DNA of 41,209 nucleotides, from positions 2,194-43,402 of the forward strand of contig CAYSIV010000010.1 in assembly GCA_964431175.1 (NCBI GenBank), given 5' to 3'. A model generated the notes under the pieces. It had not been told where the DNA came from. It searched no databases and worked only from the letters and a program-made list of their open reading frames with translations. Positions 1 to 7,747 of this stretch are shown here, one piece after another. This DNA is from an uncultured Anaerolineales bacterium (GTDB taxonomy: Bacteria > Chloroflexota > Anaerolineae > Anaerolineales > VGOW01). Numbering within the stretch: the stretch's first letter is position 1; every line of letters begins with the position of its first letter. The translations under genes and the position numbers were made by a program.

Positions 1-17
1 CGAAAGAGATTTCCCTC

Positions 18-1217
18 ATGACGACCCTCGCTCCCTTTCTTGAAGCACATCGCCAATCCTTTCTCGCCGATCTCGAATCGCTGGTGAATGTGGACTGCGG
101 CACTCACAACAAAGCCGGCGTGGATCGCGTCGGCGAGTGGATCAGCGCGCGATGCCACGAATGGGGCTGGGAGGTGGAGCGCCTGACGCAAACCGACTAC
201 GGCGATTGCTGGATTGCGCGCTGGCGCGGCGCAAACGCCAAGGGTGGCCGCCTCATGCTCATCGGCCACCTCGACACGGTGTACCCGGACGGTACAGCGG
301 CGGTCCGACCGATGCGCTTCGAGGGGGACAAGATTCTCGGCCCGGGCGCTTGCGACATGAAGGGCGGCCTGCTCGTCGGCATGTATGCCTTGCGTGCTTT
401 GCAGATGGCCGAAGACTTCAATGACTTTGCCGAGATCGCTTTCTTCTTCAACAGCGAAGAGGAAGTTGGCTCGCCGGTTTCGCGCGCCGTCTACAGCCCG
501 CTTGTTCAACAGATGGACGCGGCCATTGTGTTCGAGTCGGCGCGGGCCAACGGCGATATTGTGAGCGCGCGTAAAGGCTCGGCGGAGTACAAGCTGACGG
601 TGAAGGGCAAGTCGGCGCACGCCGGGGTGGAACCGGAGAAGGGCGCTAACGCCGCCCTCGAACTGGCCCATCAACTCATCGCCCTCACCAAACTCAACGG
701 CCTCGCCCCCGGGGTGACCGTCAACCCAGACGTGATCGGCGGCGGCACCAAGTCGAACGTCATTCCGGATGAAGCCTGGGCGCTGATTGACGTGCGGGCC
801 GCCGACTCTGCCGGGGCCGACGTTATCTCGCGCGCGCTGGCGAACTGGCCCGCGCAAACCACCGTGCTCGGCACGCAAGTTTCCATCACGGGCCGCTTCG
901 GTTTCGCGCCCATGGCCAAGACTCCGGCCACGGCCCAACTTGCCCTATTGGCGAAAGAGGCCGCGCGTGAGTTGGGCTTCAGCCTCAACGACACAGCCAC
1001 CGGCGGCGCTTCGGACGCGAACACCATCGCCGGGTTGGGCCTGCCGGTGATTGACGGCCTGGGGCCAATCGGCGGCCTCGACCACAGCCCGAATGAATAC
1101 ATCGAAGCCGAGAGCATTGTGCCCCGCACGGCGCTGGCGGCAGAACTGATTCGCCGGATTCTTTCGCAGAAGGAACTTGAGGCGTTGAGAGAATTGAAAA
1201 GGACTTCGTATGGATGA
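18..1217 (+). CDS. M20 family metallopeptidase (carboxypeptidase G2 / ArgE-DapE-like)
   Basis: 399-aa ORF. M20-type signatures are visible: 'LIGHLDTVYP', 'GACDMKGG', 'NSEEEVGSP' and C-terminal 'DHSPNEY'. Confidence 0.85.
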   Translation: MTTLAPFLEAHRQSFLADLESLVNVDCGTHNKAGVDRVGEWISARCHEWGWEVERLTQTDYGDCWIARWRGANAKGGRLMLIGHLDTVYPDGTAAVRPMRFEGDKILGPGACDMKGGLLVGMYALRALQMAEDFNDFAEIAFFFNSEEEVGSPVSRAVYSPLVQQMDAAIVFESARANGDIVSARKGSAEYKLTVKGKSAHAGVEPEKGANAALELAHQLIALTKLNGLAPGVTVNPDVIGGGTKSNVIPDEAWALIDVRAADSAGADVISRALANWPAQTTVLGTQVSITGRFGFAPMAKTPATAQLALLAKEAARELGFSLNDTATGGASDANTIAGLGLPVIDGLGPIGGLDHSPNEYIEAESIVPRTALAAELIRRILSQKELEALRELKRTSYG

Positions 1218-2460
1218 AACAACGATAACGGATCCCGAACCAGCGGAAGTTCAACCCACAATCGTCGCCTCCCCGGTGGAGGCGGCTAAACCGACTGCCG
1301 AGAAAACGACTTCGGCCTGGGAAGTGCTGGCGCTGGTGTTGGGACTCGGCGGCATGGCCGCCGGAGTCGGGTTGGCCGCCGTGGTTGCCCTGGTCTTGAG
1401 TCTGAGTCCGGCCGGGCAGGGCCTTGACCTGGTGGCGGCAGTGACGATTTTGGGCTTAGGGCTGTTGGGCGCGCCGCTGGCCTGGCAGGCCGGGCAAGCT
1501 TTGCGTGGCCGCCCGCCACTGGCCTGGCAACCTGGCACGCGCTGGCTGATCGTTGGCGGTGTTGTCGTCGTCGCTTCGCTGTTGGGCGGGCAAGTCTCGT
1601 TGAGCCTCAATTTTGCCCCGGGCGTGCTGATCGGCGCGGCGCAATATCTGGCCCTGCTCGGCGCGGTGGCGATGCTGGTCGGGCTCATTGCTGGCGGCTG
1701 GGACGGGTTCAGCCGCTTGCGCGCCTGGGGGCACTTCATCAGCGGCGCGTGGCTGGGGGTGATAATCGCGTTTATCGCCGAAGTCGTTGTCATTGGCGTG
1801 CTGGCCGTGGCCGGGGTGGCATTGCTGGCGGTGCTGGCGCCCGATGAGTTTGAGCGGCTGACTCGGCTCTTTCGCACTTTCCAACAGACTCTAGACCTTG
1901 ATCAGTTGATGAGTCTGGCGCTCCAACCCTGGGCGATCGTGATGATCGTGATCGTGGCTTCGGGCTTGCTTCCGGCCATTGAAGAATTGCTCAAGCCGCT
2001 GGGCGTGATGTTGATGTTGCGGCGGCGGCCCACCCCCATGGCCGCTTTTCTGGGCGGCGCCCTGGGTGGCGTGGGCTTTGCCGTGGTGGAGAGCTTGAGC
2101 AACTTGAGCACGATTCAAGAAGGATGGCTGGCGCTGGTGGTGGCCCGCATCGGCACGACGATCATGCACGGGCTGACAGCCGGTTTGGTGGGGTGGGGTT
2201 GGGGGCAATTGGCGGCTACCCGCAAACCATGGCGGCTGGTCGCTTCGTACCTGACAGCCGTCGCCATTCACGGTTTATGGAATGGGGCCGTGATCGCCGT
2301 CTCGTTTGGCAGTGTCTCGCTGATGTCCCCGGAAACAGACGCCCTGCAAAAAGCCCTGCTGGTTTCGCTGATGTTAGTTAGCGTCGCTATCCTCATTGGG
2401 CTGACGCTGGGCGGCCTGGCCACGCTGGGTGTGATTGGTTACCGTTTGCGCAAGGCGTAG
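1210..2460 (+). CDS. PrsW-like intramembrane protease (polytopic membrane protein)
   Basis: 416 aa, almost entirely hydrophobic helices. PrsW-type motifs 'AIEELLKPLG' (EExxK) and 'AIHGLWNG' (HxxxN) are present. The ATG at 1210 overlaps the stop of the upstream gene. Confidence 0.7.
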   Translation: MDETTITDPEPAEVQPTIVASPVEAAKPTAEKTTSAWEVLALVLGLGGMAAGVGLAAVVALVLSLSPAGQGLDLVAAVTILGLGLLGAPLAWQAGQALRGRPPLAWQPGTRWLIVGGVVVVASLLGGQVSLSLNFAPGVLIGAAQYLALLGAVAMLVGLIAGGWDGFSRLRAWGHFISGAWLGVIIAFIAEVVVIGVLAVAGVALLAVLAPDEFERLTRLFRTFQQTLDLDQLMSLALQPWAIVMIVIVASGLLPAIEELLKPLGVMLMLRRRPTPMAAFLGGALGGVGFAVVESLSNLSTIQEGWLALVVARIGTTIMHGLTAGLVGWGWGQLAATRKPWRLVASYLTAVAIHGLWNGAVIAVSFGSVSLMSPETDALQKALLVSLMLVSVAILIGLTLGGLATLGVIGYRLRKA

Positions 2461-2482
2461 GGGCGTTCAATTGAACGCCCCT
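2459..2482. terminator. Perfect 24-nt palindrome between convergent genes (candidate bidirectional terminator hairpin)
   Basis: AGGGGCGTTCAA|TTGAACGCCCCT lies between the stop of the 1210-2460 gene and the stop of the minus-strand helicase. There is no clear U-tract. Confidence 0.5.
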
Positions 2483-2489
2483 GCCTGGT

Positions 2490-3986
2490 TCACCTGCGGC
2501 GGGAGCGGGACCCCCGGTCGCGCCGCTCGCCGGACTTTGGCTCCCGGCTTCTCGGAGCCGGGGCGGCTTCCCCGGTAGGGTGAGGCGGCGGAGCGTGAAG
2601 AGTCTGCTGGTAAGAATCATCCAACAACATGGCGATCAGGTCAGACTCATCTTCGCTTTCGGCCAGGCTTCGGGCCAGCGGCACAAACCGCCGACTGCGC
2701 TCGGTTTGTAGTTTGTCGCGTTCGCGCAGGCGCGCTTCGAGCAGGGCCGTCAGCCGCTGGGAGACGATGGCTTCCACATCCTCGTCGGTGGGCAGGGGCC
2801 GCTCTTGCAGATCAATGCCCCACCGTTTGGCGATGCGATCCAGTTCAAATTTTTCCACGCCTGATATAAGCGAGATCGCTACGCCGCTGGCGCCGGCCCG
2901 CCCGGTGCGCCCGGCGCGGTGAATGTAGGCTTCGGAATCTTCGGGCGGTTCGTATAGAATGACGTGCGAGAGTTCGGGGATATCCAGCCCACGCGCGGCC
3001 ACATCGGTGGCGACAAGGAAGCGCAGGGTTCCCTGCCGCATGCGCTCCATCACTTTGTCGCGCGCGCCCTGCGCCAGATCGGAACTCAACTCGTCGGCGT
3101 CGTAGCCAAAGCGTTGCAGGACGACGGTGACGTAGTGCACTTTGGTTTTGGTGTTGCAGAAGATGAGGGCCGAAGCCGGGTTCTCGATCTCGATGAGGCG
3201 AATCAGTCCCCGATCTTTATCCATGCCGGGTGTCATGTAGTAAACGTGCTCGGTGTCGGTGACGTGGACGTGGTCGCGGCTGAGGCTGAGGGTTTCAGGC
3301 TGGCGGAGGAACTGGCGGGCCAGGCCGATAACGTGCGGCGGGAAGGTGGCCGAGAACATGCAGGCGTTGATCGGGCGCGAGGGCAGGTAACTCTGCACCT
3401 GTCTCATGTCGGGGTAGAAACCCATCGACAACATGCGGTCGGCTTCGTCGAAGATCAGAATCTTCAGGCGCTCCAGCGACAGGGTGCGCCGGAGCAAATG
3501 GTCGAGCACGCGGCCCGGCGTGCCCACCACCAGATGCGCGCCCTGACGCAGGGCATCCAATTGCGGGCCGTAGTGAACACCGCCATATACTGCCGCCGTG
3601 CGCGCGCCCGAGTCGCCGCACAACATCTCGGCCTCTTGCGCCACCTGGCGGGCCAGCTCGCGGGTGGGAACCAGCACCAGCGCCTGGCACTCGTTCCGCT
3701 TCGGGTCAATCCGATTCAGAATGGGCAGGATGAACGCGCCCGTCTTGCCACTGCCGGTGCGCGACTGGATCATCATGTCCCGCTCGGCCAGAAGATAAGG
3801 GATGGCTTTGGCCTGCACCGGCATGAGGGTCGTCCACCCGGCGCGGGCGGCGGCCTCGCGCAGGCGCGGCGGCAATTGTTCGAGTGTTATTTCGGGGACG
3901 GTATTTTCGAGTTCCTGGCCGGGAGCCTGGCCAGGGTTAGGGCTGTTTTCTGCCTCGTCAATTTGTGACATCAACCACCTTTTCAC
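2490..3986 (-). CDS. DEAD-box ATP-dependent RNA helicase with Arg-rich C-terminal tail
   Basis: Motifs 'SRTGSGKTGAF' (Walker A), 'IFDEADRML' (DEAD), 'SAT' and 'HRAGRTGRAG' are present. The C-terminus is 'RRDRGSRSRRR'. Confidence 0.95.
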   Translation of the reverse strand: MKRWLMSQIDEAENSPNPGQAPGQELENTVPEITLEQLPPRLREAAARAGWTTLMPVQAKAIPYLLAERDMMIQSRTGSGKTGAFILPILNRIDPKRNECQALVLVPTRELARQVAQEAEMLCGDSGARTAAVYGGVHYGPQLDALRQGAHLVVGTPGRVLDHLLRRTLSLERLKILIFDEADRMLSMGFYPDMRQVQSYLPSRPINACMFSATFPPHVIGLARQFLRQPETLSLSRDHVHVTDTEHVYYMTPGMDKDRGLIRLIEIENPASALIFCNTKTKVHYVTVVLQRFGYDADELSSDLAQGARDKVMERMRQGTLRFLVATDVAARGLDIPELSHVILYEPPEDSEAYIHRAGRTGRAGASGVAISLISGVEKFELDRIAKRWGIDLQERPLPTDEDVEAIVSQRLTALLEARLRERDKLQTERSRRFVPLARSLAESEDESDLIAMLLDDSYQQTLHAPPPHPTGEAAPAPRSREPKSGERRDRGSRSRRR

Positions 3987-4142
3987 TTTCCTTCCAAATT
4001 ATAGTTGAAGACAGGATACTCCAACGCGATTGAAGCGTCAAACAGAAGGCGTTTCCTCAACCTCTCCATCCTCCCTTCATAATTCATCCACAATCCTGTT
4101 AGATACTCCTACTTAATAAATACACTCAAATAGGAGAAAAAC

Positions 4143-4619
4143 ATGAACAGGAGAATTATTTTCGGTATTTTGCTCGCGCTTGTCCTGCTGGCGGGCGCGG
4201 CGGCCATCGGTGTCACGGCTTATCGAATCGGTGTCGGGCGCGGCCTGGCCGACAGTGGCCAGTTGGTCGGACCGGGCGGCGATGGCGTTGCGCCTCAGGG
4301 CGGTGTCCCCGCCTATCCGTATTATGGTTTCCGTGGGCACAGAGCATTCGGGTTTGGGCCGTTCGGTGGGGGTTGGGGGTTTGGTTTTGGCTTCCTCCAA
4401 TGCCTCTTCCCGCTGATCTTCTTCTTCCTCTTCTTCAGCCTTCTGCGCGGCCTCTTCGGCTGGCGCCGACCCTGGGGCCGGGGCTGGGGCGGACATCATG
4501 GCGAGCATGGCCCGTGGGGCAAGGGCGCGCCGCCGATGTTTGAAGAGTGGCACAAGCAAGCCCACGCCCAGACCCCGTCGCCCGAACCGCCTGCTTCGGA
4601 TGCAAACAAGCAAGGCTGA
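4143..4619 (+). CDS. Small Gly/Trp/Phe-rich membrane protein, function unknown
   Basis: 158 aa. An AGGAG Shine-Dalgarno lies 6 nt upstream of the ATG. It has an N-terminal TM helix 'IIFGILLALVLLAGAAAIGV', a 'GFGFGF' tract, a second hydrophobic helix and a C-terminal 'PPMFEEWHKQAH'. Confidence 0.6.
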   Translation: MNRRIIFGILLALVLLAGAAAIGVTAYRIGVGRGLADSGQLVGPGGDGVAPQGGVPAYPYYGFRGHRAFGFGPFGGGWGFGFGFLQCLFPLIFFFLFFSLLRGLFGWRRPWGRGWGGHHGEHGPWGKGAPPMFEEWHKQAHAQTPSPEPPASDANKQG

Positions 4620-4650
4620 AGAAGCTCTGAATAACGAGCGAGAAAACTAA

Positions 4651-4712
4651 CCACGAATTTCACGAATTACACGAAGAAGCACCCACATTCGTGAAATTCG
4701 TGTAATTCGTGG
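4651..4712. repeat. Periodic-unit hairpin element, CACGAAT family
   Basis: The left arm is CCACGAATTTCACGAATTACACGAA, the loop is 12 nt, and the right arm is TTCGTGAAATTCGTGTAATTCGTGG. A related copy lies at 26851-26902. Confidence 0.85.
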
Positions 4713-4745
4713 CGAAGAGTCTTTGCGCTCTTCGCGTCTTGCGGT
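4713..4745. repeat. GCGAAG/GCAAAG-family repeat unit block (small hairpin GCGAAGAG/CTCTTCGC)
   Basis: The minus strand reads CCGCAAGACGCGAAGAGCGCAAAGACTCTTCGC. It shares the 16-mer CGCGAAGAGCGCAAAG with 29256-29275. Confidence 0.75.
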
Positions 4746-4759
4746 TAAACTAGGGCTCA

Positions 4760-5443
4760 ATGAAAATCATCCTCGTGGTTGACGACGAATCGAAGATCAC
4801 ACAGCTGGCTCGCGATTATCTGGAGCATGCCGGGTTTGGAGTGCTGACGGCTCACGACGGGCCAACGGCGCTGGCCGCCGCCCGCTCGGCCAAGCCTGAT
4901 CTGGTCGTCCTCGACCTCGGTCTGCCCAAACTCGACGGCCTCGACGTGACTCGCACCTTGCGCAAAGACTCGCAAGTGCCGATCATCATGCTCACCGCGC
5001 GCGGCGAGGAAAGCGATAAGCTGGTGGGTCTCGAACTCGGCGCCGACGACTACATCACTAAACCGTTCAGCCCCAAGGAACTGGTAGCCCGGGTCCGCGC
5101 CGTTCTGCGCCGGGCCGAAGCCACCGAGACGGCGGCTACTGAGATTATCCGCGCCGCTGACCTGACCCTGGACGCGCCTCGAATGAGGCTGACTCGCGGC
5201 GATCAAGCTATCGAATTGACGACGACCGAGTTTCAACTGCTGGCGGCGCTGGCCGCTCAACCGGGCCGCATCTTCACTCGCGCCCAACTGCTCGACGCCG
5301 TGCGCGGCGTGGCCTTTGAATCTTACGAGCGCGCCATTGATACCCACATCAAAAACATCCGCCGCAAGATCGAACCGGAGCCGCGCGAGCCGCGCTACGT
5401 GTTGACGGTCTACGGAGTCGGCTACAAGTTCGCAGATACTTAA
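4760..5443 (+). CDS. OmpR/PhoB-family response regulator
   Basis: The receiver shows 'ILVVDDE', 'DLVVLDLGLPKLDG' and 'YITKPF'. The C-terminal winged helix shows 'LTTTEFQLLAALA' through 'GVGYKF'. Confidence 0.95.
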   Translation: MKIILVVDDESKITQLARDYLEHAGFGVLTAHDGPTALAAARSAKPDLVVLDLGLPKLDGLDVTRTLRKDSQVPIIMLTARGEESDKLVGLELGADDYITKPFSPKELVARVRAVLRRAEATETAATEIIRAADLTLDAPRMRLTRGDQAIELTTTEFQLLAALAAQPGRIFTRAQLLDAVRGVAFESYERAIDTHIKNIRRKIEPEPREPRYVLTVYGVGYKFADT

Positions 5444-5446
5444 ACA

Positions 5447-5510
5447 AAGGACGTAAGACGGGTGACGAAAGAATCAACACCGTCCTTCGTCCATCGTCTG
5501 CCGTCGTTTC
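5447..5510. repeat. Periodic-unit hairpin element, GACG/CGTC family
   Basis: AAGGACGTAAGACGGGTGACGAAAGA, a loop, then CGTCCTTCGTCCATCGTCTGCCGTCGTTTC. It fills the gap between the response regulator stop and the kinase start. Confidence 0.7.
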
Positions 5511-5514
5511 TCAA

Positions 5515-6627
5515 ATGCACTTTCGCCGCTTCCCTCGCCGCCGCCCGCCGTGGTGGCCCAATGATGAACCCTGGCCGCCAACGGGGCCGCCAGGCCTGCA
5601 CGCCTGGCGAAACATGCGCGGACGATTCGTGTGGCGGGTGGTCGGCCTGTTTGCGCTTCTGCCCATGTTAGCCATCGGCGGCTGTGGGCTGACAGTTGCC
5701 CTGGCATTTGTCGGCGCACAGGTCTTGCACATCCCGCGCGGCGCAATTCCCTTCCTGAGTTTCAGCAGTTTTGTAATCGTGGTTATGGCTTTTACCCTAA
5801 TAGGGCGAAGCGTGTTTCGCCTCACCGCGCCGGTGGGCGATTTGATGGAAGCGGCTGGGCGGGTGGAAGAGGGCGACTATACCGTGCGCGTGGCTGAGCA
5901 CGGCCCGCGTGATCTTCGCGCCCTGGCCCGCGCCTTCAACGCCATGACCGAGCGCCTGGAGAAGAACGAAGACCAACGCCGCAACCTGCTGGCCGACGTC
6001 ACCCACGAACTGCGCACGCCGCTCACGGTGGTGCAGGGCAACCTCGAAGCCTTGCTCGACGGTGTCTATCCGCCTGACGAATTGCACCTGGCGCCGATTC
6101 TGGAAGAGACGCGCGTGCTGTCGCGCCTGATTGACGACTTGCGGACGTTGACTCTGGCCGAGAGCGGCATGCTCAAACTACAACGTGAGCAAACCGACGT
6201 GGACGTGTTGCTCGGCGAGGCGGTTGCTTCGTTTCAAACCGGGGCCGACGCGGCCAATGTTGAACTGAGTCTCTCAACACCCGACTTGCCACTGCTCGAC
6301 ATTGATCCGGTTCGTATTCGTGAAGTGCTGTCGAACTTGATTGCCAATGCTTTGCGCTACACGCCGCGCGGCGGCAGGATACAAGTGACGGCTGTCGCCG
6401 CCGAAACCGGTGTCGCCATCTCTGTCAGTGACACCGGTTCTGGCATTTCCCTGGACGACCTGCCCCACATCTTTGATCGCTTCTACAAATCTGCCGAGTC
6501 GCGCGGGACGGGCTTGGGGTTGGCTATCGCCAAAAATTTAGTGGCCGCTCATGGCGGGGAAATCGTCGCCGAGAGCGCGCCGGGCCAGGGCACGACGATC
6601 CGTTTCACGCTGCCAACAAAAGGCTGA
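5515..6627 (+). CDS. HAMP-domain sensor histidine kinase
   Basis: It has two TM segments and a HAMP region. HisKA is 'VTHELRTPLT', and HATPase shows 'NLIANALRYTP', 'DTGSGI' and 'GTGLGLAIAK'. It sits immediately downstream of the cognate response regulator. Confidence 0.9.
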   Translation: MHFRRFPRRRPPWWPNDEPWPPTGPPGLHAWRNMRGRFVWRVVGLFALLPMLAIGGCGLTVALAFVGAQVLHIPRGAIPFLSFSSFVIVVMAFTLIGRSVFRLTAPVGDLMEAAGRVEEGDYTVRVAEHGPRDLRALARAFNAMTERLEKNEDQRRNLLADVTHELRTPLTVVQGNLEALLDGVYPPDELHLAPILEETRVLSRLIDDLRTLTLAESGMLKLQREQTDVDVLLGEAVASFQTGADAANVELSLSTPDLPLLDIDPVRIREVLSNLIANALRYTPRGGRIQVTAVAAETGVAISVSDTGSGISLDDLPHIFDRFYKSAESRGTGLGLAIAKNLVAAHGGEIVAESAPGQGTTIRFTLPTKG

Positions 6628-6681
6628 GCTTGTTTGCTACAGAGAGTACAGAGTAGTCTCAAACCTGGCCGGGTTAACAAC

Positions 6682-6718
6682 AACGGGCGCGCAGATGAAA
6701 TTTTGCGCGCCCGTTTTG
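6682..6718. terminator. Intrinsic terminator hairpin between convergent genes
   Basis: The stem is AACGGGCGCGC / GCGCGCCCGTT (11 bp) with a 12-nt loop, followed by TTTTGC on the + strand. Confidence 0.55.
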
Positions 6719-6736
6719 CTGAGAATGGATTGGTGG

Positions 6737-7144
6737 CTATTTGTGTTGGGTTAGGCTGAACCAGTTGCCACAGCCATCCCTGAAAATCGCCTCAACGCCG
6801 TAAGGCCGATCCTGCGGCGGCTGAATGAACTCGACGCCTTTGCTTGAAAGTTCCTTGAACGTTGTCTGGCAGTCGCTCGTCTCAAACACGCCCGCGCCCA
6901 TCGCGCCCTTTTCAAGCACGGCCTTGAGGTGGCCCACAGTGGCCTCGTCCATCATCCCGCCGCCGACGCCGTACAAGATGATTTCCAGGTCGGGTTGACC
7001 TTTTGGGCCAACGGTGAGCCAGCGGAAGCCGCCGTCCATCGTGAAGTCGGTGCGGACTTCGAACCCCAGCTTCTGGGTGTAGAAGTCCAGTGCCTTGTTT
7101 TGATCGGTAACATAGATGGTGGCATGTGAAAGTTTGCTGATCAT
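6737..7144 (-). CDS. VOC (glyoxalase/bleomycin-resistance/dioxygenase) family protein
   Basis: The 135-aa form starts 'MISKLSHATIYVTDQNKALDFYTQKLGFEV', typical of a VOC N-terminus. A GAGGAG Shine-Dalgarno lies upstream of the ATG at 7144. The longer ORF-track start at 7189 is unlikely. Confidence 0.85.
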   Translation of the reverse strand: MISKLSHATIYVTDQNKALDFYTQKLGFEVRTDFTMDGGFRWLTVGPKGQPDLEIILYGVGGGMMDEATVGHLKAVLEKGAMGAGVFETSDCQTTFKELSSKGVEFIQPPQDRPYGVEAIFRDGCGNWFSLTQHK

Positions 7145-7219
7145 TGTTGTTCTCCTCGCGTTGGTTTTAGCAAGAGAATACTGCAACATCCGTTCGAGGG
7201 CTTCTCGAAAATTGCTCTT

Positions 7220-7705
7220 TTATGAACTAGGGTGGCCGGTGACGCCCGACATTTTGAGGAAGCATCCAGGGATGTATTTGTGGGGTGACTGCCGCCGATC
7301 GGTTATGAGGGCGCGATACTCGGTAGGCGGCTGGCCGGTGGCCTTGTGGAAGAGGGCGCTGAATGAGCCTAAACTTTGGAAGCCCACGGCAAAACAGACT
7401 TCAGTGACGGTCAGAGAGCTGGAAGCCAGAAGCTCCCTGGCTTTTTCGATTCGTTTTTGGACAAGATACTGATGCGGCGTTCGTTTGTAGGTTTTGCGAA
7501 ACAGGCGGATGAGGTGATAACGCGAAAAGTTTGCCTGCCGTGCTATCTCATCCAGATCAAGCGGGCGGTCGTAACAGGCGTCAATGAAGGCGCGGGCGCG
7601 ACCCAGGCGTTCGCGAGACTTGAACAGCGTTGCATGTGATCTGGAAACGGGATGAAGCCTAGCCGACACAAGCTCAATCATACGACGGTCTGCCGGGAAA
7701 ATCAA
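7220..7705 (-). CDS. AraC/XylS-family transcriptional regulator (HTH-only, short form)
   Basis: The double HTH reads 'LDLDEIARQANFSRYHLIRLFRKTYKRTPHQYLVQKRIEKARELL' followed by 'VTEVCFAVGFQSLGSFSALFHKATGQPPTEYR'. The start could instead be the internal Met at 7681. Confidence 0.9.
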   Translation of the reverse strand: MIFPADRRMIELVSARLHPVSRSHATLFKSRERLGRARAFIDACYDRPLDLDEIARQANFSRYHLIRLFRKTYKRTPHQYLVQKRIEKARELLASSSLTVTEVCFAVGFQSLGSFSALFHKATGQPPTEYRALITDRRQSPHKYIPGCFLKMSGVTGHPSS

Positions 7706-7747
7706 AAGCTCACTTTTCGCTCATTCGTTTCGGCAACTCCATGGCTT

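Noticed and set aside
2964-3968. Long antisense ORFs inside confidently assigned genes. Examples are 2964-3968 (+) opposite the helicase, 26814-28292 (-) opposite eutB, 9406-10326 (-) and 9800-10321 (+) in the STAND gene, 25005-25679 (-) and 26055-26783 (-) opposite the permease, 32193-33011 (-) and 35985-36632 (-) opposite kinases, and 12307-12972 (+).
   Set aside because: These are typical stop-poor shadow frames of high-GC DNA. Their translations are Arg/Gly/Pro/His-rich low-complexity sequence without motifs, while the opposite strand encodes proteins with clear family signatures.
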